This document shows positions 31,284 to 39,864 of a stretch of DNA of 64,000 bases, piece after piece; position 1 is the stretch's first letter; each line of letters starts with the position of its first letter. Made by a program: the position numbers and the translations under genes. Under the pieces are notes generated by a model. The model saw nothing but the letters and a program-made list of their open reading frames with translations, made no database searches and was not told the origin of the DNA. The stretch is from an uncultured Bacteroidota bacterium (GTDB lineage Bacteria > Bacteroidota > Bacteroidia > Bacteroidales > GCA-2748055). The stretch spans positions 1,491 through 65,490 of the forward strand of contig CAVQUO010000024.1 in assembly GCA_963716765.1 (NCBI GenBank). Direction: 5' to 3'.

Positions 31284-34200
31284 TTAAGCTCCTGCTGATC
31301 TTTTTCTTCTGAGATTTCCGAAGTATTCAAGTCCTTTTTTCAATAGCCTGAATCTCAAGAATACGGAAAGGATCAGGGTCATGATCCAGATGATTAAAAT
31401 GTTAAAATAGAGAGTTGGAATATAAATATTCCCAAAAATCTTAACCGAGGCATAAAAATGGGAACGACCATTTCTTTTGGTTGGATAGGCATATACAGGA
31501 TCCAGCTTTCTTAGCAGGATGCCCTCTTTCTTTATTATTTTGTGAAGGTCATTTCGGTTGAGTACCAGATCCGCAAGCTGATCATTATATGTGCCCCTCT
31601 TTTCCTGTAAAAAAGCCTCAGATCCCCCTGCCTCCTTTAGTAATGAATCGATCAGCAGATCTTCTTCCAGTATCAGGCGGTCGCGGTGCAAGCGAAGTGC
31701 AGACTGGTATTTTTGCAACCAGCGAATGAGTTCATCGCCCTTCGATTTGTAAAACTGATCAATGCTAATTCTTTCAGGGTAAGGATAGGGTGTGGTAAGG
31801 CGGATGGAGGCGAGTGCATTTTTTATGGTGTACAGACTGGCCTTCAGTTCCTCTTCGCTGCCTTGCTCCTGAAATGTTATGGCGTCGTCAAGCTCCTGAG
31901 TAAGAGCCGGTATGAGGAACTGCATGTCATAGGTAATATTGCTCTCCAGTCTTTCTGTTTCAAAGAGTGGTTTCTGGTAGGCATTGTTTGCAAACTGGTT
32001 TACGACCAGGGCTTCATATGCCCAGCGACTGGCCATAAAATCTCCGGACAAGGGGACCACTATGGCTGATGCAAATTTGTAATGAAGCTTGTCGAATTTC
32101 ACAATTACCCCGGCCAGAAGAATCTGGGGGACCAGAAGAAAAGGGACAATGACATAAATGGCAACCACCGATTTCAAGCCATCGGAGATAAGAAGGCCAA
32201 ACATATTTGCAAAACAGGCAGTTGAAAACAGGATCAGCCAGTAAGAAAGTGTCATTCCCTTGATCTCCATAATCAGGTTGCCAATCACTACAAACATCAA
32301 CATCTGGATACCCGACAGGATAAAAAGCAGGGAAATCTTAGAGAGCAGGTAGGCGGTGCGACTAAGGTGAAGGAATGATTCCCTTTTCAGAATCCGACGG
32401 TCACGGTGAATCTCTTCCGCAGCGATAATCAGTCCCAGGAAAAGTGCCACGATCACACTCATAAACAGGTATGCAGGAAGGTTCTCATTCTGACTGAAGA
32501 GATAATGATGAGGGTTGCTTTCATCCCCGGAAACGTACTTGGAAAAGAATCCAAGTATCAGGGCCAGAAGGGGGGCCACCAGGAGTGCAATGGACATGAA
32601 CTGGCGGTCGGCCAGTTTGGAAAGCAGGTTTCTTTTGAAGAAAATCAGGAATTGCCTGAATGCTCCCGGAATCCTGAATTTATTAGCAGGGATAGGACAT
32701 TTTTCCGAAGAGAACTCCATTTTGGCTTCAATCTTCTGCTGATAGAGGGAATACCACGAATCGGGATCGGATTTTCTTTTGGCTGTAAATGCTCCTGATT
32801 CATCGACCTCCTTTGCCTCTATGATTTTGAGGATATCATCCGGATTCACGTGACCGCAAGTATGGCATTCACTCTCAGAGGCATCTACTCGACCTGCCAG
32901 TTTTTTGAAATAGGTGATTCCGTCAATGGGATTTCCCGAATAGACCGGGTAGCCACCTCTGTCGAGTACGATCAGGTGATCAAATTGCTTGAAAAGCTCT
33001 GATGAGGGTTGATGAATGGTTGATAGTACCAGTTTCCCCTTTAGGGCCTGTTCTTTCAGAAGGGAAATCACATTCTCGGAATCGGTCGAGGAAAGGCCGG
33101 AGGTGGGCTCATCTACAAAAAGCAGGTGGGGTTCACGAATCAGTTCAAGGGCAATGTTTAGCCTTTTTCGCTGACCGCCGCTGATGTATTTATTTAGTGG
33201 TGATCCCACCTTCAGGTCCCTGGCATTAAAAAGATCCAGCTCCTTAAGAAGATTTTTGACTGCCAAATCGATCTCCTCCTTGCTGTGTCCGTCCAGGCAT
33301 AAGCGGGCATTAAACAGGAGATTCTGGTATACGGTCAGCTCTTCGATCAAGAGGTCATCCTGGGGAATATATCCAATCATTCCTTCCAGCTCCCTGGTTC
33401 GGTATTGCAGATTGAGACCATTGATGTAAATACCTCCGGAAACAGGCTTTAGTCCACCATTTAGTAACTTCAAAAGTGTCGATTTGCCGGCTCCGCTTCC
33501 CCCCATGATACCTACCAGCTGTCCGGATCTGCCCTGAAAACTGAATTTTCTGATCCCGTGGGGTGAATTCTTAAAATGGTACTCTATGTCCCTGGCGCAA
33601 AAGTTGACTGGCTGATTGTTTGTGTCCAGTATGTATCCTGATACTATGTCAGAATAGTATATGGGAGAGAAGCCTTCTCCTCTGATTGCTCCTCCCCGCG
33701 GAAAGATATAGACATGCCTTGGGAAAATATATCTTTCATTGCTTTCCAACCTGGCCCTACCCACATATTGAAACAGGTAGATTTCTGCCCGCGCAATTCT
33801 GAGGATCAGGATTTGTCCGGGGAGACCATCTTTTTGAAGATGCTTCACTTCTCCCTCCATGAATTCCGGATCATCGCTTACAAGGAGCAACCGTTCCTTG
33901 TTGGGTACCTGGTAGAACTTGTCTCCAATGAAAGCGGAACAATTATCATATTCATCCGGAGTAATAAGCAAACCATCGGCAATGGTACGAACCGCGTCGG
34001 AAATGGTATCGGAAAACTCAAAACCCTGAGTTGCAGTATCAGAGAAAAATTTTTTAAAAGTGATCAGGCTAAGGAGGATCATGAATCGCTGGGTGATGTT
34101 CAATTCATCCACAACCTGGTTGCAAATAACCAGAAGTTTAACTGACCACGAAGAAATTTTTTTTTCTCTTTGCCCAGTTCCCATTATCTGGTACTCACTT

Positions 34201-34367
34201 GCATACTGGTCAAAGATGAGTAAGTATTTGTTGGCCAAAGATTGACTGAATTGCTGAGTGAGATAGGATTCAACGAAATTCCTGGCAAGGAGATGCATGG
34301 CTCCCCTGTTGATGCTTACCATAATGGCAAACAATCGCATCAGGGAATTTAGCATGGACTCATTCAT
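31284..34367 (-). CDS. Single-polypeptide ABC transporter (ATPase + ABC-2/ABCG-like permease) with a 290-aa N-terminal extension and a long C-terminal extension ending in an extra TM helix
   Basis: Intact 1027 aa. Walker A GIMGGSGAGKSTLL at about residue 290, signature ISGGQRKRLNIALEL, Walker B LLFVDEPTSGLSS, H-loop STIHQPS, about 6 TM segments, then about 200 aa more and a terminal TM. Confidence 0.85.
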   Translation of the reverse strand: MNESMLNSLMRLFAIMVSINRGAMHLLARNFVESYLTQQFSQSLANKYLLIFDQYASEYQIMGTGQREKKISSWSVKLLVICNQVVDELNITQRFMILLSLITFKKFFSDTATQGFEFSDTISDAVRTIADGLLITPDEYDNCSAFIGDKFYQVPNKERLLLVSDDPEFMEGEVKHLQKDGLPGQILILRIARAEIYLFQYVGRARLESNERYIFPRHVYIFPRGGAIRGEGFSPIYYSDIVSGYILDTNNQPVNFCARDIEYHFKNSPHGIRKFSFQGRSGQLVGIMGGSGAGKSTLLKLLNGGLKPVSGGIYINGLNLQYRTRELEGMIGYIPQDDLLIEELTVYQNLLFNARLCLDGHSKEEIDLAVKNLLKELDLFNARDLKVGSPLNKYISGGQRKRLNIALELIREPHLLFVDEPTSGLSSTDSENVISLLKEQALKGKLVLSTIHQPSSELFKQFDHLIVLDRGGYPVYSGNPIDGITYFKKLAGRVDASESECHTCGHVNPDDILKIIEAKEVDESGAFTAKRKSDPDSWYSLYQQKIEAKMEFSSEKCPIPANKFRIPGAFRQFLIFFKRNLLSKLADRQFMSIALLVAPLLALILGFFSKYVSGDESNPHHYLFSQNENLPAYLFMSVIVALFLGLIIAAEEIHRDRRILKRESFLHLSRTAYLLSKISLLFILSGIQMLMFVVIGNLIMEIKGMTLSYWLILFSTACFANMFGLLISDGLKSVVAIYVIVPFLLVPQILLAGVIVKFDKLHYKFASAIVVPLSGDFMASRWAYEALVVNQFANNAYQKPLFETERLESNITYDMQFLIPALTQELDDAITFQEQGSEEELKASLYTIKNALASIRLTTPYPYPERISIDQFYKSKGDELIRWLQKYQSALRLHRDRLILEEDLLIDSLLKEAGGSEAFLQEKRGTYNDQLADLVLNRNDLHKIIKKEGILLRKLDPVYAYPTKRNGRSHFYASVKIFGNIYIPTLYFNILIIWIMTLILSVFLRFRLLKKGLEYFGNLRRKRSAGA

Positions 34368-35469
34368 GCGGAAAAACCATTTTCATCACTCCACTCCCTT
34401 TGTCTGTTTTCTCAAAAATCAGATGTCCCCCGTGGGCCTCCATGATTATCTGGGCAACAGACAATCCGATCCCCATAGTCAGGTTCAGGGAAATATCCTT
34501 TGTTGAAAACTGATCAGAAAGTAGTTCAAAAAGCGCGTCAGAATAGTTTTTCCCCTGGTCCTCTACTCGGCATTCCACAATTCCGTTTTGTTTTGTGGAA
34601 GTGATAAGAATCTCTCCTTGATTGCTGGTATGTTCCTTTGCGAAACGAATCATACAAACCAGACAACTTACAAGCAGTCCGGAATCACCTTCAATATAAA
34701 GATCGTTCGGGGAGTTATCTTTTTTTAAGCTGATATTTAACTCCTTAAGCTCTTCGCTGGTCTCGATAGCACCAAACTGAATCACCTGATTGATGGAGAC
34801 CTGCTGTTCGTTCAGAGAAAATTCGGAAGATTTTAAGGTGGAAATCTGGCGGGCCAGCAGAGAGAACTGTTCCAGCTTAAACACAGATTGCCCGAGGATA
34901 TTCACCACGTCGGAAAGTTCATCTCCTTCAATTTTGGATTTCAGCATATGTAAGGTCCCCATGATCCGGTTCAAGGGCTCACTGATTTCATTGCTAATGG
35001 AAGAGATGATTTCGGATTTCAAAACGTCCATATTAAGCAATTCGGCATTCACGCTTTCCAGTTGCTTCAGGATTTGCCGGTTTTTTATCCTCAGGTGGTA
35101 GGTTTCAAGGGAACCTTTAATGGAAGCCCTGACTTCATCTGCATCCATCGGTTTCTTGATGTAGCCGTGAACCCGGCCCACATTTACTGCTTCAATTACA
35201 GTTTCTGTATCGGTAAAGGCGGTTAAAAGGTAGCTGCGGATATCGGGGTATTTTTCAGCGACAATTTCAAGCAGTTCGGTGCCGCTCATCACCGGCATTC
35301 GCTGATCTGAGATCAATATCTGTACCTCTCGCTCCTCGAGAATCTTCAATACCTCAGCGGGGAATTCAGTGAGGATTAAATTATAGTCATTCCTGAAAGT
35401 TGCTTCAAACAGTTTCAGGTTCATCGGCAGGTCATCTACATAAAGCACTGTAGGCTTATCCTGGACCAT
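34360..35469 (-). CDS. Hybrid receiver + histidine-kinase-like protein with degenerate H-box and N-box (putative pseudokinase)
   Basis: The REC domain is intact (LYVDDLPMNL, ILISDQRMPVMSG, YIKKP). The H-box position reads KSEIISSISNEISEPLNRIMG (Asn where His is expected). The N-box reads CMIRFAKEHT. G2 is MGIGLSVAQIIMEAHGG. The stop overlaps the ABC start by 8 nt. Confidence 0.75.
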   Translation of the reverse strand: MVQDKPTVLYVDDLPMNLKLFEATFRNDYNLILTEFPAEVLKILEEREVQILISDQRMPVMSGTELLEIVAEKYPDIRSYLLTAFTDTETVIEAVNVGRVHGYIKKPMDADEVRASIKGSLETYHLRIKNRQILKQLESVNAELLNMDVLKSEIISSISNEISEPLNRIMGTLHMLKSKIEGDELSDVVNILGQSVFKLEQFSLLARQISTLKSSEFSLNEQQVSINQVIQFGAIETSEELKELNISLKKDNSPNDLYIEGDSGLLVSCLVCMIRFAKEHTSNQGEILITSTKQNGIVECRVEDQGKNYSDALFELLSDQFSTKDISLNLTMGIGLSVAQIIMEAHGGHLIFEKTDKGSGVMKMVFPHE

Positions 35470-35618
35470 AATTTAAAATTATAAATAGGTTGAATGGCTA
35501 TTTCAAAGATAGTAGATTTTCATATACACTTTGTATTTGCAAATCTGTCAATATGTTAAAAACTGTCTCAGGAATTTCATATCTTGCTTATCAATGTTTT
35601 CACTTAAACTAAATAATT

Positions 35619-35999
35619 ATGAAAAAATTAGTTGCTTCGCTTTTTGTTTCCGGGATTCTTTTGGTCGCATTTCAGTCCTTTATTCTAAAACCCGGTCCAG
35701 GTCCTGATGCTCCCGACGAAGTGAAGGAGATTCTGAAAAACTCCTGCTATGGATGTCATTCCAATGAATCCTCCAACAAAAAAAGTGTGGGTGCCCTGAA
35801 TTTTGACGAATTTGATGGTTACAAGGTGACAAAGAAGATTTCCAAGCTGGACGCGATCCATGAAGTGATTACCGAAGGTAAGATGCCGCCGGAAAAATTT
35901 CTGAAAGGAAATCCCGATAAAGCCCTGAGCGATGATCAGGGAACACTTGTAGGAAATTGGGCTTTAGAGGAGTCAGAAAAACTTATGAAAGAGAATTGA
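35619..35999 (+). CDS. Haem-binding-domain (CxxCH) exported protein
   Basis: 126 aa with a signal peptide, NSCYGCHSNESSNKK and GKMPPEKF, the pattern of small haem-binding domain proteins. Confidence 0.65.
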   Translation: MKKLVASLFVSGILLVAFQSFILKPGPGPDAPDEVKEILKNSCYGCHSNESSNKKSVGALNFDEFDGYKVTKKISKLDAIHEVITEGKMPPEKFLKGNPDKALSDDQGTLVGNWALEESEKLMKEN

Positions 36000-36490
36000 T
36001 GCGCAAAGGTGTTAAAATCACCGGGCTGATGCTTGTCGGGGCCCTTATCGTGGCCCAGTTTATACAGCCAGAGAAGAATCTTCATGAGGGCCCACAGGAT
36101 AATGATTTAATGAACACTCTTGATGTTCCTGAGCTGGTGGCCGACCTGTTGATAAACTCTTGTTATGATTGTCATTCCAATAACACCCGCTACCCATGGT
36201 ACAGTAAAATTTCGCCAGTATCATGGTATCTTCACAAACATGTGGAAGAGGCAAAGGAGGCCGTAAATTTTGATGAATTCGGACTGCTTGCTCAGCGCAA
36301 AATGATTGGAACCCTCTCAGATATTTGCGAGCTTATCGAATCGGGTTCCATGCCACTCGTGAGCTACAGGATCATTCACAGGGATGCAAACCTTGATGAG
36401 GAGGCCATGAGGACTATCTGCGACTGGACCCAGGCCGAGGCAGAGAACTTGATGAGGGCTGGTGCTAATCCGGTGGGTGAAAAACCCTGA
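35999..36490 (+). CDS. Haem-binding-domain (CxxCH) membrane-anchored protein
   Basis: The ATG overlaps the upstream stop (TGATG). TM anchor, then INSCYDCHSNNTRYPWYSKISPVSWYLHKHVEEAKEAVNFDEF and GSMPL. Confidence 0.7.
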   Translation: MRKGVKITGLMLVGALIVAQFIQPEKNLHEGPQDNDLMNTLDVPELVADLLINSCYDCHSNNTRYPWYSKISPVSWYLHKHVEEAKEAVNFDEFGLLAQRKMIGTLSDICELIESGSMPLVSYRIIHRDANLDEEAMRTICDWTQAEAENLMRAGANPVGEKP

Positions 36491-36689
36491 AGCCCTGTTA
36501 AAAAAGTGAAATTTTGACTAAGGCAGTGTTTTTAGTGATAATTTAATAGGATAGAATCCTGATCCTTTGTCACCAAAATCAAACATTTTGTAAAAATCCG
36601 TCGGTATTTTAGCAGAATATGTTGATTTTGAGTAGGCTCAGGACTATCTTTATTTTTTACTCAAATAGAAACTAAACCTTTTAGAAATC

Positions 36690-37250
36690 ATGAAACATAT
36701 TAAAAAACTTGCATTATTGATGATCGTAGTACTTGGAATGAGCTCATGCGGTCTGTTTAACGTAGATGTCGATTCCACTCTCAGTGGCGTTGTGGATGTT
36801 TATGTGGAGGAAGATATGGCCAAGGGAACAGCCGATGATTGGTATCCATGTGGAGGAGTGGCACTTATTGATGCTCAAGAAGATGAGGATGTTCAGAAGT
36901 ATTCCGACAATATTGATGAGATTAGCGTCAACGATATTGTTGCCACAGTTGAATATGTGAGCACTGGAGATATATTACTCCAGGAGAACGCAGTTTTTTA
37001 TATTACACATCAAGAAGACTCTGTTGCCTGGACCCAACCAGAAGAATGGCCCCTAAAGGAAGGTTCCACTTTCAATTTTGATAATCTGGGTAGCAGTTAT
37101 GATGATGCTTCTGCAATTATTCTGAATGCAGCTTCAAATGAAGATGCCAGCGTAATCACTGTGGGAATGGTTGGGAAAAGCTCAAAGGCTGGAGTTAACT
37201 TTAAAATTAAGATTGAATTCGGCACTGTTTTCACAGCGAGCATCATATAA
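36690..37250 (+). CDS. Lipoprotein, unknown function
   Basis: 186 aa with lipobox VLGMSSCGLF and an acidic sequence. No motif recognised. Confidence 0.55.
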   Translation: MKHIKKLALLMIVVLGMSSCGLFNVDVDSTLSGVVDVYVEEDMAKGTADDWYPCGGVALIDAQEDEDVQKYSDNIDEISVNDIVATVEYVSTGDILLQENAVFYITHQEDSVAWTQPEEWPLKEGSTFNFDNLGSSYDDASAIILNAASNEDASVITVGMVGKSSKAGVNFKIKIEFGTVFTASII

Positions 37251-37389
37251 TCTGCTCTAAGGCTGAGCTGAATCAGGAATGAACTGCTCTGGCACTTTTG
37301 CTTAAAAAAAGTTCTTGAGAAAAGTAAATATCTGATCCGCTTATTATATATCTTGCGTTACCAGCCAGATATCTAACTAAGATCAGAAT

Positions 37390-39853
37390 ATGTTTAGCCC
37401 CAACAAAGTATTATCAGGGAGTGTCATTTTTCTATGGCTCTCCCTTCTTTTTTCCTGTAGCCATACAAAGCCAGCACGACTTCTTCCGGGAGGGAGATTT
37501 TAATGCTGACTGGAAATTTCAGATGGGTGATATTCCGGATGGAGCCCATCCGGATCTGGATGATTCGGGGTGGAAGACCGGTTCATTTGCCCCACGATTG
37601 GAGTGTCCTGGATTATGAGTTCAGGATTCTCTTCACCAGGGTCCCTTTTACAAAGACCTCCCCGGAGGGAGCGATGTGGGCTATCTGAGAGATGGGGTGG
37701 CCTGGTATCGAAAGGAGTTTGAGACACCCGCAAAGCTTGGATAAAAAACGGGTTATTCTTGATTTTGACGGGGTCCAGACCCAGATGGAGCTCTGGGTGA
37801 ATGGTGAGCTAAAATTGGGGGAGCATGTATATGGCTATACTCCCTTTCAAGTTTGATATCACGCCGCATCCCTCAATGGGGAAGGAGAGACCAATATCAT
37901 AGCTCTTAAGAACCATCAATGCAGGCGAAAATTCAAGATGGTTTGCTGGCGCTGGCATCTACAGGCCTGTTCATATTTCCATCTTAGACCCGGTATCCAT
38001 CGCCCCATGGGGTGTGCAGATCACCACTCCGGATATATCCGGGGAATCGGCAAGTGTGAATTTCAGGTAAGGATTGATAAGTTGCCGGAGGAGGATGCGC
38101 TTTTAGAGTGCGAGGCAGAGGTTATTTCACCTGAGGGAGAAAGCATCAGAACTGGATCCAGTGGACGCTAAAAGCGGATGGAGGGTCATCGCCCGTCCTG
38201 AATCTCTCAGGCAGGATTAGAATTCCACAGCTCTGGAGTATTGATCAGCCCAATCTCTACCAGGCCATTGTTACCTCTTTACTGCAATGGAAAGGAGACA
38301 GACCGTTATGAGACCACATTCGGTATCCGGTCCATTGCTTACAGTGCAGAGGATGGATTCCTGTTGAACGGAGAGGAAATTCTGATGAAAGGAGCCTGCA
38401 TGCATCATGACAATGGTTTGCTTGGTGCTGCTGCCTTTCCGGATGCTGAGTACCGCAGGGTAAAGAGGATGAAGGAGAATGGCTACAATGCCATCCGCAC
38501 CAGCCACAATCCTCCATCCAGAGACTTTCTGAATGCCTGTGACGAGCTTGGAATGCTGGTGATCGACGAAGCCTTCGATCAATGGAAGAAACCCAAACGC
38601 CCCAATGATTACTCCAATTATTTCGAGGAGTGGCATAACAGGGATGTACAGGCCATGGTTTACCGCGACCGGAACCATCCCAGCGTGGTCATGTGGAGTC
38701 TTTGGAAACGAGGTCCAGGAGCGGGCCGATCCCGAGGGAGTTGAAATAGGGAAGCAGGCTTATTGAAGCCATCAGGGAGGTGGATGATACACGACCTGTG
38801 ACGCAGGCCATATGTGCTTTCTGGGACAATCCCGGAAAGGAGTGGGATGATACTGAAGGGGCATTTGAAAACAGGATATCGGGGGCTACAATTATCAGTA
38901 CATGGAATATGAAGCGGATCATGAGAAGTTTCCGGAACGCATCATGTACGGATCAGAAACCTTTCCACAATATGCCTGGGAGAACTGGGAGATGGTAAAA
39001 AGACATCCTTATGTAATTGGAGATTTTGTCTGGACCGGGATGGATTATATCGGTGAGTCGGGGATTGGTCATGTTGATATCGTAATAAGGAGGCGGAAAT
39101 GAGCTTCCTGAAACCATGGCCCTGGTACATCTCCTGGTGTGGGGATATCGATATCCTGGGAAACAAGAAGCCTCAATCCTATTACCGCGATGTGCTTTGG
39201 GGGGAGAGCAAGCTGGAAATCATGGTGTCCACACCCGTTCCGGAAGGGAAAATGCCCGATATGCTACTGGGGCTGGTATGACGAATTGAACAGCTGGAAC
39301 TGGGAAGGCCATGAAGGCAAAGCCATGAAAGGTAAAGGTATATTCCTCTTTCCCGGAGGTGAAGCTGGAACTGAATGGAGTGCCGTCGGAAGTAAGATAA
39401 TGACGCCGGAGGATCAGTATATAGCCGAATTTGAGGTGATGTATGAGCCCGGTGAGCTGAAGGCCCTTGGAGTAGACGGGGATAAGAACAGAGACTGTTT
39501 CACTCTTCACGGCAAAAGAGGCAAGTCAGCTGATCCTTAGCCCCGAGAAGGAAGTGTTTTCTGCCCACACAAATACACTTGTTTTTATTCCGGTAGAGGC
39601 CCGGGATGAGCAGGGAGTACTGGCGCCAAATGATCAATCGGAAGTAAGGGTGGTCGTCGCAGGAGAGGGAGAACTGCTGGCAGCAGGGAATGCAAATCCT
39701 CTTCATGAAGGAAGTTTTACCGATGGTGTATTTAAATTGTTTCGGGGCAAGGGAATGATCATTGTTAGGTCAACCGGCACCCAGGGTGAGATTATTGTAG
39801 AGGCTACATCCAAAACCATGTCTTCGGAAATGGTTATTTTACGCCCACTTTAA
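37390..39853 (+). pseudogene. Glycoside hydrolase family 2 (beta-galactosidase-like), heavily degraded: at least 10 frame changes or stops by my tracing
   Basis: GH2 blocks are scattered over all three plus frames. They are a lipoprotein signal at 37390, WKFQMGD...DDSGWKT, VHLPHDWSV, GVAWYRKEF, ILDFDGVQT, IRSIAYSAEDGFLLNGEEILMKGACMHHDNG...IRTSHNPPS...DEAFDQW...HPSVVMWS, VIGDFVWTGMDYIGESG and the C-terminal VVVAGEGELLAAGNANP. Confidence 0.85.
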
Positions 39854-39864
39854 TTGAAAACAGG

